Positions 38,268 to 49,768 of a stretch of DNA of 64,000 nucleotides are shown in pieces. The DNA is taken from the IMG/VR virus record IMGVR_UViG_3300035182_000466, positions 106,062 through 170,061 of that record. One strand, written 5' to 3'. This stretch comes from a virus. The notes under the pieces were generated by a model. That model saw only the letters and a list, made by a program, of their open reading frames with translations, searched no databases and was not told where the DNA came from. The position numbers and the translations under genes were made by a program. Position 1 is the stretch's first letter, and every line of letters starts with the position of its first letter.

Positions 38268-38702
38268 TTTAACTCTTTCTTTATCTATGAAGTGGAGTAC
38301 TTAACCAAACATTTGATTTAACCTCAACTCTAGGTTACTCTAAGCTTTTCTCTTGTTCAGTAGAATAACCTGGAGTCAATAATCGAATGTAGTTTACCTC
38401 CATGTAGTACTACTATATTGCCAATTTCATACTGAAAATATCTTTTAGTTTTTGTAGATCATCTTCTGTAGGTTCTCCTACTACTGATAGATATATTGTA
38501 TTCTTTTTTAGTGGTTCTGGTGTTACTTTGGATTCTGTAGCACAGGTGGGTTGAATAAAATTTTGAGAGGGTACTGATATTTCCATTAGCTTCTCCTTTA
38601 AAAAGAATATTAGATAAAAAGAATATTAGGAAGCTGTTTAAAAATATCAATAATATATTGGCAGGATATTTATAAACAAACTTCAATACTTCCGATATTA
38701 CT

Positions 38703-38712
38703 TATTTACAGT
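38703..38712 (-). promoter_or_regulatory. ACTGTAAATA motif
   Basis: Intergenic, sense-oriented copy of the recurring motif. Confidence 0.45.
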
Positions 38713-38713
38713 T

Positions 38714-39085
38714 TTAACTTCTTATTACTTTTGGTAGTTCACTCATTGATCTTTGCATTTGATTAATATCATTAGTCAGTGTCCTAACTTCTGATAACAC
38801 CAATTTTAGACTTTTATTAAAAAAAGTAGTCATTTTCTCAACATTATTATTTATTTCTGATAACTTTGAGATAAGTTCGTCTGGATGTGATTCTTGTACA
38901 TCCTTTATTAAATCTTTTAATTTAGTTACTTCTAAATCTACTTGATCCTGCTTTTCTTCTATATCATTTTTATATTGATCTAGTAACCACTCTATAAATT
39001 CATCTTTATCTTTTATCAAACCTAATTTCCAATAGCTATATATGGTTTCAAAAGTATAGTCTTCTGTATTTAAAAGTACACTCAT
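38714..39085 (-). CDS. Coiled-coil hypothetical protein
   Basis: 123-aa ORF, heptad-rich. Confidence 0.6.
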   Translation of the reverse strand: MSVLLNTEDYTFETIYSYWKLGLIKDKDEFIEWLLDQYKNDIEEKQDQVDLEVTKLKDLIKDVQESHPDELISKLSEINNNVEKMTTFFNKSLKLVLSEVRTLTNDINQMQRSMSELPKVIRS

Positions 39086-39703
39086 TTATAGTCTCCTGTT
39101 TCATCATAATACTGGTCTGGTTTATCAGCTACTCTGATACATACTTTATCTCCACTAATTATTTCTAGTTCATTATCAGTTATTGAAAATACCATTGAGG
39201 GTGCATAAAAGATAAAGCTAACTATAACTTCTGTATCGGTAACATTTTGTACTTTTCCTAATCCTAATCGTTTATGCCAAACTAATAAATCCTTAATTAA
39301 GCTCATTGCAGTCAACCTCCTTATAGTCTTCTGGATATAATGCAGCCTGTGCAACTATACAAATATAGTCTCTTTGTCTTTTTACATCTACTGAACTGAT
39401 AGTACATAAGATAATTAAATTTAGAGCTTTTCGCATACGCAAATTACTGTCTTCTATGTTTGCTATCTCTAAAATTTTATTTGATAAGTCCTCCTTTTGA
39501 TTAGTGCTAGTACTCCACATTATATTCTCACTTTTCTAGGAGGCTTATTCTTAAATACCTCTTTAATATCTGGAGTTATATCATATTTCTTTAATATTTG
39601 ATAAGGAATACTATTTAGAACTATATTAATATGTGCTCTTGCATCTGCATCATCTAATGCATTAAGATTTAATCTTAGGACTGCATTATACTCTGGTTTC
39701 ATA

Positions 39704-40252
39704 TTAGTCCTCTTCTGTTTTAGAATTTTTAGTGAAGTATTCAGAAGATAAATTTTTAGCAATGTCTACTACAGATTTGGCATCAGAATTAAAATAATAA
39801 GGATTAGATACTAAAGAACAAAGTAGATTTCTAGTAAAAAATTCTTTTTGTTCTTTGGAACTTGATAGCCTACTTTGCATATCATTTAAAGCTTCCTGTA
39901 GCATAATTCCTGCTTGTTTCAAATTGTTAATGTCTTTAGTCATAGACTCAATATTTAACCTAAGTTGTTTATTCTCCTGTTCATAAAAATCTTTTGAAGT
40001 TTTAAAACCTGCCTTGCACTCTGTACAATATACTTCATTTCCTAAGTTATGGACATTAAAGGATCTCGATCCACAAGTACAAGACATGATATTAAGTTTA
40101 TTTAAAGCCCCATCATTAGATACTAAAGATTCATCTTTTGTATATCTAGCTTCAATTAATTCTTGAATTAACTGCATATCTTCTTTATGCAATACTTCTG
40201 ATTCTGACCATTTCTTAAATTCTTCTAAAGTAATATTAGATGGGTTGCTCAT
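39704..40252 (-). CDS. Hypothetical protein with Zn ribbon and coiled coil
   Basis: CTCGS...CTEC; AGGAG RBS. Confidence 0.65.
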   Translation of the reverse strand: MSNPSNITLEEFKKWSESEVLHKEDMQLIQELIEARYTKDESLVSNDGALNKLNIMSCTCGSRSFNVHNLGNEVYCTECKAGFKTSKDFYEQENKQLRLNIESMTKDINNLKQAGIMLQEALNDMQSRLSSSKEQKEFFTRNLLCSLVSNPYYFNSDAKSVVDIAKNLSSEYFTKNSKTEED

Positions 40253-40516
40253 TAGAATGCTCCTTTTTTGGCTATTCCTTCTTGGATTCTTTGTTCTAGT
40301 GTTCCTCTTCTTTTAGCTTATCCCATATACTATCCTTTTTAGTCCAAAATATAACTTTTTGCTAGAGGACAATCCTCTGGTATAATTATCTCACCACGTT
40401 CATTTATACGGCTTTTGAAAGATCAACACCTTCATGACAATAGCTACCAATTTCATCTCGTCCAGTTGGATACTCAAGACACTCTTGACAATATTCTACT
40501 TGAGTTACACAGATTC

Positions 40517-41071
40517 TCATTTAGTATTCTCTATTACAGTAGGTATCTCTTTCCACTCTCCACCTCCACCATTACTGCTGTGCCATGCAAAGTATCCTTG
40601 AAGTACTGTATATCCATCTAATGTTTTAAACAGTCTATAGTCCTCAGGCTTATTACTACAAATACGAATATCTCCTATACTACTTGCAATTTGTGTTGGA
40701 TAACCTATTTGTGAGGTCACATTTGAAGAAGTGAAAATTGGTTTACCTTGTTCTGCTTCAATATAATTATGATAGTCAACTAAGTCCTCACTTGTTTTAA
40801 ACCAAGTTTTTCCTTTTCTCCAAACACCTATACTTTTCTTTTTGGTGCTAGGATTGTTCACTTTCCATATTAGTAATGGAATACCTTCTAAATCTTGAGG
40901 AGGTTCTTTAACTGGAAGATTAATAACTACATCAATATGAGTATAAGTATATCCTAGCTGTTCTGCAGATTTTTCACTACAACAACAGTCACGTTCTCGT
41001 TCACTACAATAAATACAGTATCCATGTCCATCATTTATAAATTTTTTATACTTCATTATCCTCGTCATCAT
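40517..41071 (-). CDS. Hypothetical protein
   Basis: 184 aa; CIYC...CCC. Confidence 0.6.
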   Translation of the reverse strand: MMTRIMKYKKFINDGHGYCIYCSERERDCCCSEKSAEQLGYTYTHIDVVINLPVKEPPQDLEGIPLLIWKVNNPSTKKKSIGVWRKGKTWFKTSEDLVDYHNYIEAEQGKPIFTSSNVTSQIGYPTQIASSIGDIRICSNKPEDYRLFKTLDGYTVLQGYFAWHSSNGGGGEWKEIPTVIENTK

Positions 41072-41305
41072 AATAAAGTTCTCCTACTCTTCTTTTACAT
41101 TAGGTAATTCTTTCCAATAAGAACCATAACTATATTGTTCACGCCAATTAAATAAGCCCTCTAAAACAAAGGTACCATCTTTTTCTCTTTAAGTCTATAC
41201 TCTTTAGGTACAGTATCTCCTATCCTATAAGTACTTCCTGAAGTTAAAAAATTTGCTTTCAAAATTCTAAATTCTTTCTTCTGTATAACACCATCTGACA
41301 TATAG

Positions 41306-41827
41306 TTATCCTTTATCTAATTTAGTTTCCCAAAAGTAATCTATCCAAATATTTGAGTCTACTTCATTTTTTGATACATTAATGATGTATGCATCTAGTT
41401 CTTTAGAAAGATCTTTAACAAAATTGGTTGATTTATGTAAGGTTATCCAACATATTACTTTTGGAGTTTTTGACTTTACCATGCGTAGATAACGTTTAGT
41501 TATTTCTACTAAAGTATCTCCAGTATCTAGTATATCATCTACTATAAACACTGTATCCAACTTAGGCATACCCAACATTGTAAATTCAGGTTTTCTTTGA
41601 TTGTTAAACCACATTAGTGGTACAGGAGATGTTTTTGAATAGTAACTTACTAACCTATCGGTTAACATCTTTCCACCATTTTTTATTCCTACAATTATGT
41701 TTGGATTAAGATTTAAACTATCTAAAGTCTTTATCAGATCTTCACAGTCTTTTTCAAAAGAAGCTGAGTCATAAAATAAGTGTTGTTGATTATCAGTAGA
41801 ATTGTGTACAATCATTTTAGTATCCAT
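41306..41827 (-). CDS. Type I phosphoribosyltransferase (Gpt-like)
   Basis: IVGIKNGG, PRPP motif VFIVDDILDTGDTL, WIDYFWE. Confidence 0.85.
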   Translation of the reverse strand: MDTKMIVHNSTDNQQHLFYDSASFEKDCEDLIKTLDSLNLNPNIIVGIKNGGKMLTDRLVSYYSKTSPVPLMWFNNQRKPEFTMLGMPKLDTVFIVDDILDTGDTLVEITKRYLRMVKSKTPKVICWITLHKSTNFVKDLSKELDAYIINVSKNEVDSNIWIDYFWETKLDKG

Positions 41828-41892
41828 CCTGTAAGGCTTCCTGTAAAGTTTCTATTTTAGTCTCTTGTATAAATCATATCTACTAGATTTTT

Positions 41893-42438
41893 TTAAATTG
41901 GTACTTTTGGAACAATGTCTATGTCTACATTTATGTAATAGTTCGTGTGAGGTTTTATCAAACATGCACTAACGTACACTTTTTTAAGTGTTTCAGAATA
42001 CATAATCACTAGTTTATATGGAAATAAAAGGTGATACCATTTTAATGGGATATCTTTATTATCCATGATGTACGCATCTACTGGTTTAAAAATTTTAAAA
42101 CCCTCAAGCAAGTCTGCAAGCTGTGCCATCCATCTTTTAGGAAAATCAGGATATAGATCAAACCAGTCTAAACGTTCTCTAGTTGTATTACACTTTGTAG
42201 CAGATGATATTGTTTTACTTTCCAATAAACGTTCAATATAGCTATCACAGCAATCAGACATTTGAGACTCTATTGGTTCTTGGGAGTCACCAAATATTCG
42301 ATTTAAATTAGTATCATCTACTATTTTAGATCTAATTGTATCTATCACCCTCTTCTTATATGTTGGACTTTCAACTTTTAAAGTTTTATTTCCCCATACC
42401 AATATACCAGAGTCTTTTACAGTAAATTTCTCGGACAT
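41893..42438 (-). CDS. Hypothetical protein
   Basis: 181 aa, AGGAG RBS. Confidence 0.65.
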   Translation of the reverse strand: MSEKFTVKDSGILVWGNKTLKVESPTYKKRVIDTIRSKIVDDTNLNRIFGDSQEPIESQMSDCCDSYIERLLESKTISSATKCNTTRERLDWFDLYPDFPKRWMAQLADLLEGFKIFKPVDAYIMDNKDIPLKWYHLLFPYKLVIMYSETLKKVYVSACLIKPHTNYYINVDIDIVPKVPI

Positions 42439-42556
42439 AATTTTTTCTCCTAATCCTTACATTCGCCTAGCATCTGGATTATATAGTATGATTTATAATC
42501 AGACAGCCATTTATATAATGAGTCTAATCATTGTTTTCATTCTTTATCAAAAAGTC

Positions 42557-42655
42557 CTACTGTATCCTTGCACCAATAGATAGCCTATTACAAGTTGACC
42601 TAGTAGCAATATCTTTTGTTATCTTAATAAAATACTCATCCCACATTGGTCGCAT
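42557..42655 (-). pseudogene. N-terminal remnant of a ComEB-type dCMP deaminase
   Basis: MRPMWDEYFIKITKDIATRSTCNRLSIGARIQ*; no HAE/PCxxC seen downstream. Confidence 0.7.
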
Positions 42656-43040
42656 ATTTATCACCATTCAATACAATAGTTTTTCATGTTTACTAAAGAA
42701 CAAGTGCTACCACTACGGGTAATTACATATCCCAAATTCGTTAATGTATCTACTTCTGTTTGGGTCATAGTTCTTTCTATTCTTCGTAGTCCATTAGCAC
42801 AAGCTTCTCTGATTTCTTTATATACATAAAGATTATCATTGACAATTGATCTTGCTTGTTCCGCAGTTAAAGGTCGTAAATTATTAGAATCATTTGAAGC
42901 AAGTGGTTTATCACACATATTTATTTATCCTCTACTTTGCTTAAAGTTATTCCCATATTAATAATGCTTCCACCAAAAGTCTCTGATAAAATATTTGTAT
43001 TATTTGTAATAGGTTTACTCATATTAGTATCTAAAGGATA

Positions 43041-44024
43041 CTAAGGAATATGTGGATTAGTTTTTGATTTAATTACGGCATAAACAAAGGTTGGAATTGG
43101 TTCAGTTCTTACAGGTAATGAAGGTTCAGAAAGTTTAATCCTGTCTATTAAATCTTGTCTGTTTATTGGAGTCTCCATACACTTAGTAATATCTTTACAG
43201 CATACAAATTCTTTGCATCTAAACTCCGAAAAATTATATACCCAATTATCCTCTAATGACTTTTGTAGAATGTTTCCTATTATAGGGAGTTCTCTATAAT
43301 AGCTTCTCATTGATAAACATGGTACAATATCTCCATTAGCTAAAATACCAATAGACTTTAATCCAGCAGTACACGGTCCGCTATTCATATTATCTGCACA
43401 TATAATAGTAGCTTTAGAAGTATAGACATATTGCATCAACAACTTCTGCGCTTCTTCATTTTGATATACCGCATTTTCAGATTTATCTTCATCCTCATAC
43501 ATAGTGTACTGTATTTGCCATGTCAAGTTATTAGCTAATACAAATTCTTCAATCTTCTTAAATTGAAAAATATTTTTAATATTAAAGTTTGAAATAATGG
43601 TACATTTATAAATTAAAGATTTAAAACACTTTGTAGTTTTAAATCTTTTAAGTTCAGCCAGAGTATTTATTGATACTCCAATCCAATCGTATAGTTCTAA
43701 AACACTTTGACTATCATCCATACTACAAGTGTTATAGGTACAAATGTTATAAGGATTAATAAGTATCTTACATACTACATCTTTTTGCTCTAACTTATTG
43801 ATCAAGTGTTCATGGCTTATATATGGTACTATAAGAGGATTACCTCCAGAAATACTAATTTCTTTGGGAGGATAATCGTATATAGCATCAACAATACTGG
43901 CAATAGATTCTTTATCTATCTTAGTTTTGTTTAAAGAATCTTTTGATCCGCAGTAAGTACAACCTGCTTCACAATTATCAGTTATCTCCCAAATAATTTC
44001 TTCTAGTTTAATGTGAGATTTCAT
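43041..44024 (-). CDS. Stand-alone radical SAM protein with Twitch/SPASM-like domain
   Basis: WEITDNCEAGCTYC, SGGNPL, CTAG...GILANGDIVPC. Confidence 0.88.
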   Translation of the reverse strand: MKSHIKLEEIIWEITDNCEAGCTYCGSKDSLNKTKIDKESIASIVDAIYDYPPKEISISGGNPLIVPYISHEHLINKLEQKDVVCKILINPYNICTYNTCSMDDSQSVLELYDWIGVSINTLAELKRFKTTKCFKSLIYKCTIISNFNIKNIFQFKKIEEFVLANNLTWQIQYTMYEDEDKSENAVYQNEEAQKLLMQYVYTSKATIICADNMNSGPCTAGLKSIGILANGDIVPCLSMRSYYRELPIIGNILQKSLEDNWVYNFSEFRCKEFVCCKDITKCMETPINRQDLIDRIKLSEPSLPVRTEPIPTFVYAVIKSKTNPHIP

Positions 44025-44577
44025 GTTGTCTCCAGTTGTTCTCTAGTCATTTCAACTTGTTGTTTATTGTCTTTAAACCAAATGATATTTTCTTCATCTA
44101 CGAACATCAATTTGACGTTTGCTATGTTTATCCATATACTAGAATAATGCGTAGTGGTATCTACTTCCTGAATAAGTATTCAGGCTTTCACTAAATGTTC
44201 CTCGAGCACTATAACTCCTTTAACGGCGCTGTCTCTTTCTTCAAAATACGTGTAGATCACGTTACCTATCTTATTTCCATCTTGGTCCAAAAAATGGAAT
44301 GTTATCTGAAATCTTAAGACCCTCTGAGGAGAATATCTCTCCATTTTGATTACACTTATTCATGTTTAAGATAGGAACTGTTATTTGCATATTGAACACT
44401 TACCTTTTAGTATGACTACCTTTTTGTATTAAATGAAAAATCTCTGAACTTCATTCTATCTAATTCTTTATGAACCTTTGGATCAAGAACAACTAGAGTA
44501 TCATCAGGCATCTTGTGGTGAATACCTCACTTCTCTCTTTATCTGTAATGGAAATAGTTTTATTAACATGTTTGTTC

Positions 44578-44587
44578 TATTTACAGT
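44578..44587 (-). promoter_or_regulatory. ACTGTAAATA motif
   Basis: Sense-oriented copy in an ORF-poor interval upstream of the 43041 radical SAM gene. Confidence 0.4.
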
Positions 44588-45261
44588 TTTGACCTACCTC
44601 ATAATACTACACGTTTATTTGTAAGAATATCTTAGGACTTACAGTAACATACGCAGTTCTTTTGTGACTTAGAGAACATGCGACAGAATACTTTTGGGTT
44701 ATGATTTAGTGGAAGTTTATAGATACAGGTGTAGCAAGTATTACTATTACTCCACCAAACCTTGAGCCTATTTACCTGTTCTATATGCTTTTGATACAAG
44801 CTCTTCATGGTTAATCCTTAAATTATTTCTGTCCAATAGTCATAAATAATATCCATAGAGGTTTCTAACTGATTTATTAGTGTGCATGGTTTAGTATTTA
44901 TGTCAAAAGGTTTTATCCATAATCCAAAATAACGTCGTCCATGTAGATCTGCATCTACTTTACGCTCAGTAGTTCTCTTTCTTATATTTTTGAATCCGGC
45001 ATGTTTTAAAACAGTAACTATGTCACTCTGTGTCATAATAGCCTCTATTGATTTGATGAAAAGCTTCCTGTTTAAACCAGGATCTTTTAACAATATTACG
45101 AGAGGCAATTAAGGTATTACCTAAACCTCGTCTGCCCATCTGTTCACCTTTATGATAAAAATGAACAGTATTATTTATGGCATCTTGCTCAGGTATTCCT
45201 TGCTCTATTTGAAGTAATAAATAGTCTTCCCAATTATATGGTAGCAGTATCTTATTCATAT

Positions 45262-45681
45262 TTATCCCAATCCAAAATTACAAGTACATTCAATCCCTAT
45301 ATCTTGTGGTTTATCACAAGTTACATAGCATATATATCCACCTTGTTCTACAAGTCTATACCATTGACACTCTTCACAATAATAAACAAATGGACCTTCG
45401 TGTATTTCTTCAATTAATGCGTACTCATTGGTTTTACCTTCAGATATATCACCAGCATCTTCTTTTACCCATCTATCTGCTTGTTCAAAAGACATTGAAA
45501 AGCCATGAGCTCTATGTTTTACTTCATTATAATAATGTATACCCATAAATAGCAAATGTCTTAACGACCCGATTCCATATCCAGGTTTACTAAATAGCTT
45601 AAGAAGCTTATAAAGAATACCCCATTGCTTATTTTTATACTTTCTTGTATCAAATGTGGATATAACAAATATAGAGTTCAT
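45262..45681 (-). CDS. Hypothetical protein
   Basis: 139-aa ORF in operon. Confidence 0.6.
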   Translation of the reverse strand: MNSIFVISTFDTRKYKNKQWGILYKLLKLFSKPGYGIGSLRHLLFMGIHYYNEVKHRAHGFSMSFEQADRWVKEDAGDISEGKTNEYALIEEIHEGPFVYYCEECQWYRLVEQGGYICYVTCDKPQDIGIECTCNFGLG

Positions 45682-45683
45682 GA

Positions 45684-46295
45684 TTAGTTCTTTGTAGACA
45701 ATGATTTAAACTGATCACAGTATTTGCCATTAAAATCCTTGAATAGCTCACACCAGTTGTTTAACTTGTTATTAAATTTTCGCCATTCACAATTATCACA
45801 CATATCAAAATGATGTTCTACAAAGAGAGTAGGATCATAAAAATAAGCATAAGTCTTTGAAGCCTTATATCCTTCTTTTGTAATAAGAAAATCTATACTT
45901 TCTTTTAACTTATCAAATGCTCTTGTACAAACATCGAAGCGAATTGGACAGTTTGTCCATTTATCAAATAGCTTACAGTGGTCAATAACCAGATGTTGGT
46001 TAATATAGGAATAGCAATCCTTACTCTTTGTACTGTATCCACCTTGTAGTTTACTTGTCTTAATACTTAAAAACAAACTATTTTTATATCTATGAACAGA
46101 ATATTTGATAGAATGCTGACGTAAAAAATTTGTAATTAAAAGCCACTTCTCTTGTTGTTCATTGTCTAGTTGTACAAATTCTTTATTTAACCCAATTGGA
46201 AACACTCTATACTCATTATCATTAGTCCAAACTTTTGTCCAATATTTCTTATCACTGTAAGTTTGAAAGCATTTAACACCTTTTTTGTTAATCAT
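45684..46295 (-). CDS. Hypothetical protein with C-terminal Cys cluster
   Basis: CDNC...WC...YCDQF. Confidence 0.6.
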   Translation of the reverse strand: MINKKGVKCFQTYSDKKYWTKVWTNDNEYRVFPIGLNKEFVQLDNEQQEKWLLITNFLRQHSIKYSVHRYKNSLFLSIKTSKLQGGYSTKSKDCYSYINQHLVIDHCKLFDKWTNCPIRFDVCTRAFDKLKESIDFLITKEGYKASKTYAYFYDPTLFVEHHFDMCDNCEWRKFNNKLNNWCELFKDFNGKYCDQFKSLSTKN

Positions 46296-47239
46296 TTATC
46301 TATCCTTTCTATAGCCTAAGTACACAACAAGATTTACCATCTATACCTTTCATTAGCTTTAAGCATTTAGGACAATATGACCTAATTGGTTCTACAGGAT
46401 AGGTAAATACCTGCTATCTATATATACCTTCCCATTCACAATGCGGATATTTAATTTTTTCTATCCGCAATACTATATTATCTCAGTTATTATTTTCTAA
46501 CCTTTCAATACGAAAGTTTAAGTTTTCTTCTAGTCTTTCTACTTCACAAGATAGTCTACCTATGGTCTTAATAAAGATCATGGACTCAACTTGTTTCATT
46601 TTATACATTAATTGACACAAGTGCTGTATACTTTCATTATCTAAATCCTTTGCTTCAAGATCAGATAAAAACTGTATTACCTTTAATACTTTATTCTGAC
46701 TCATGCTTTTATTTCCTTCCATAGTAAAATCTGGTCTAAAGTAAACATACTAAACTTTTCAAGTGTTTCATAATTATAGATGATAGCAACAGTATGTAAG
46801 TCTAAAGGACCCACATGAGATAAACTAGCAGTCTTGCCTTTAACTTTTTCACCAAGCTTAGTTATCACAGAAATAGGTATTCCGAAAGGAGGAATCGTTC
46901 CATCTAAAGTATGTATCTCTTTATACCCATCTCGTATAGCCTCTAGTATGATGTCCTCAATTTCATCGGTAAGTAATTCTTCTATCATAGCTAACCTCTT
47001 CTAGCTCAAATGTATAAAATCCTCTATATGATATTCCTTTTCATAATACCAAAATTCACACCATTTAAAACGATTATAAATTTGTAACCAATAGCGTTGG
47101 TAGTGTTCTTTATCTGCATCTTCAAATGTATTATCATAAGTGTTTCTATGGTATATATCTATAAGCGCTTTATTATAGATTTTTCTACGTTCTGCTCCTA
47201 TTTTACTCATTTTATATACCTCTGCTATTATAATAATCA

Positions 47240-47620
47240 CTAACTAACTAACCTTGTCCAAGTACCTTTAGTGCCTATATAATCATCCATAGTATCCTCC
47301 ACTCTAGCAAGAATAAATTCTTTATCAGAAATAGGTGGAGTGGGCAGATTACTTTCAGTACATACTTTAATGTTACCTTTATATTCTCCATCATAAAAAG
47401 CTTTTACTCTATTTTCACTATTTTTATTTTCTGATACTATTGCTAATAGATCTTCATACTCTTTATCTCTGTTAGCTTCATTATCATAAATCCAAGTTAG
47501 CCTATAATTTTCAAATGCAAATAGTATTACTGGTTTTTCATTCTCTTTTATTTTACGGAAAAATTGACATTGTGCTAAGTTAATTGCACTATTTCCTGAT
47601 CTGCTTGTAACATAATACAT
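47240..47620 (-). CDS. Hypothetical protein
   Basis: 126 aa, AGGAG RBS. Confidence 0.6.
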   Translation of the reverse strand: MYYVTSRSGNSAINLAQCQFFRKIKENEKPVILFAFENYRLTWIYDNEANRDKEYEDLLAIVSENKNSENRVKAFYDGEYKGNIKVCTESNLPTPPISDKEFILARVEDTMDDYIGTKGTWTRLVS

Positions 47621-47630
47621 AATTATTCTC

Positions 47631-47978
47631 CTAGACTTTAAGTTTTCGTTCTTTGTCTATATGTAAAACTAAATTTGGGAAAGATTTATGTAGATAAGAA
47701 TCTAACCACATTAAGTACATTTCATGCATAGTATCTTGATCTTCTTCTAAGAAGGCTTTATAAAAGATCTGCCGTTCTTCGATAGAAGCAAGCTCTCCAC
47801 CACAGCAAGAAAAATCTGGACAACACTCGCCTCCTTCTAATTTAAAAGGACCTTCCTTATCTCCAAATCCATCAATAATAGAATAAAGGTTATTATTATT
47901 ATGAATTGATTTACCATTTAACCACTTTTCAAGTTGTTCTTTTGTAGTCATCTTAATCACCAGTCTTAATCCGTTCAT
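47631..47978 (-). CDS. Conserved-looking phage protein (ECCPDFSCC)
   Basis: EQLEKWLNGKSIH...ECCPDFSCC. Confidence 0.6.
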   Translation of the reverse strand: MNGLRLVIKMTTKEQLEKWLNGKSIHNNNNLYSIIDGFGDKEGPFKLEGGECCPDFSCCGGELASIEERQIFYKAFLEEDQDTMHEMYLMWLDSYLHKSFPNLVLHIDKERKLKV

Positions 47979-48360
47979 AATAAGGATATTCAGGTACTGT
48001 ATATATTACTTCTCTTATTCCTAATTCACGTATCATCCACATACACTGATCGCAAGGTTTAGCTAATGCTAAGTCATTATTCTTTTTAACTCGCAAAATA
48101 AATAAGGTTTTACCTTTAACTATTTCCTTATCCAGTTTTCTTAAACAGTCTCGTTCTGCATGTAAGGTTTCTTCAAACTTTGCATATTTATTTCCACGGC
48201 CACAATAACGAATTTGATTATATCCTGTAGATAATACTTTTCGTTTGTTACAACAAACTGAACCTAACCTTTGTTGGTAATCACTTTTTTGTGCTTCATT
48301 GTAAGCAGTAAGAAATTGAGGATACTTAGCTACTAATATTGCAAGTTTATTTGTACTCAT
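47953..48360 (-). CDS. Cytidine/dCMP deaminase-like Zn protein
   Basis: STGYN, LHAE, AKPCDQC. Confidence 0.85.
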   Translation of the reverse strand: MSTNKLAILVAKYPQFLTAYNEAQKSDYQQRLGSVCCNKRKVLSTGYNQIRYCGRGNKYAKFEETLHAERDCLRKLDKEIVKGKTLFILRVKKNNDLALAKPCDQCMWMIRELGIREVIYTVPEYPYYERIKTGD

Positions 48361-48364
48361 AATA

Positions 48365-49117
48365 TTACTCGTCTAATTTTAAAAGATCTATATGAAGAGG
48401 AACCGAAATTCTATTTCTAACTAGTTCATCCTCTAGTTCTTCTTTAGTATATTGTACACAAAATTCAAAAGATACTTCTGGATTAAGAATATAATCAATT
48501 AGCTGCTGTTCATTAGTTATCAAGGTACTAATAATATTATAACATCTCCTAAGTTGTCTAACTCCATGAGCATCGGAATTACATACTCGTTTTAGTTTAA
48601 ATCTTTCATAAGGATCTTTTGATCTAAATACCTGTCTACGATTATGTATAAATTCATATCCATCAATAACTAAATGACCTAGTTTAGATATGAACCTCTT
48701 GGCATTCATTGGATGACATAGAATAATAGCACAATCATAATTATGCCTTGATCTGACATAAGCTAAATCATTTACACCAATAGAACCTTTTTCTTCTCTT
48801 ATTCTAAATATATCTCTTATAGCTTCTGTTCCAAATACAAGTACTTCCTCGTAACCTTTTACTGAAAGTTCTATTCCATTTATAATTGGATAATTCAAGT
48901 CTATAGAAACATTATGAGATTCAAGAATTTGTCTATTAAAGGATTGAGGAGTCAAACTGTATTCTGGATAAGTTTTACCTTCACTCTTAGAGTATAAATG
49001 GTCAGTAATTACTAAACAAGAGTGATTGAGTTCTTTACATGCGATAGCAAGTTCTCTAATAGTATTAGAGCCATCACTAAAATCACTATGAGTGTGAAGA
49101 TTTATTTTATAATACAT
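48365..49117 (-). CDS. PHP-family phosphoesterase
   Basis: LHTHS..SDG, ITDH, GIE, CHP, NSDAH. Confidence 0.88.
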   Translation of the reverse strand: MYYKINLHTHSDFSDGSNTIRELAIACKELNHSCLVITDHLYSKSEGKTYPEYSLTPQSFNRQILESHNVSIDLNYPIINGIELSVKGYEEVLVFGTEAIRDIFRIREEKGSIGVNDLAYVRSRHNYDCAIILCHPMNAKRFISKLGHLVIDGYEFIHNRRQVFRSKDPYERFKLKRVCNSDAHGVRQLRRCYNIISTLITNEQQLIDYILNPEVSFEFCVQYTKEELEDELVRNRISVPLHIDLLKLDE

Positions 49118-49174
49118 CTCTTTTTATCTTATCTTCGCTTCATAGTCATATTTAAAATCTATTTTCTCTTTCAT

Positions 49175-49630
49175 TTAATTTTCCTTTAAATATTCATAAA
49201 TAGCACTAGCAAATCTATCTGGATTTACATATTTTATATCTATAGCAATATGAGTATAATGACTTGCTTGACAATGTTTTATCAAAAACTGTTCCCACCA
49301 ACTTTGTTCTTTTGCCCAATCCAAAAGTTTAAAGAAACCTTCAGGTGTAGAAAAATCAATAAAATAAAAAGTACCATTTTGCCTTCCTATAGTATTGGCA
49401 TGTTCAACAAACCCTTCAGCTACTCTAGCTGCTACTTTTTTTGAGAGTTCTTTATAACCTTGTCTGTATACTAAACCACATTTTGAACAAAATACTTTCC
49501 AATCACAACCAATTAAGGAATTATTTTCACTTGAAGTATACTCTTTACCTACTTCAGAAATAAAATTATGCCAGCATTCATTAATTGCTTCTGTTAGAAA
49601 CTTATTCTGTTCTAATCTTAACACTTTCAT
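49175..49630 (-). CDS. Hypothetical phage protein
   Basis: ECWH...CSKC...DFSTPEGFFKL. Confidence 0.6.
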   Translation of the reverse strand: MKVLRLEQNKFLTEAINECWHNFISEVGKEYTSSENNSLIGCDWKVFCSKCGLVYRQGYKELSKKVAARVAEGFVEHANTIGRQNGTFYFIDFSTPEGFFKLLDWAKEQSWWEQFLIKHCQASHYTHIAIDIKYVNPDRFASAIYEYLKEN

Positions 49631-49768
49631 ATCTTGTTCCTTTAAGTAATATAAAGAGTATCTACTGCTTTAGCTTCTTCAGGATGCTCAGAAATAATGT
49701 TAGATGTTTAACCATTACATAGATATGCCTATCTATTTTTGATCTAAATGAAATAAATTCAAATATAT

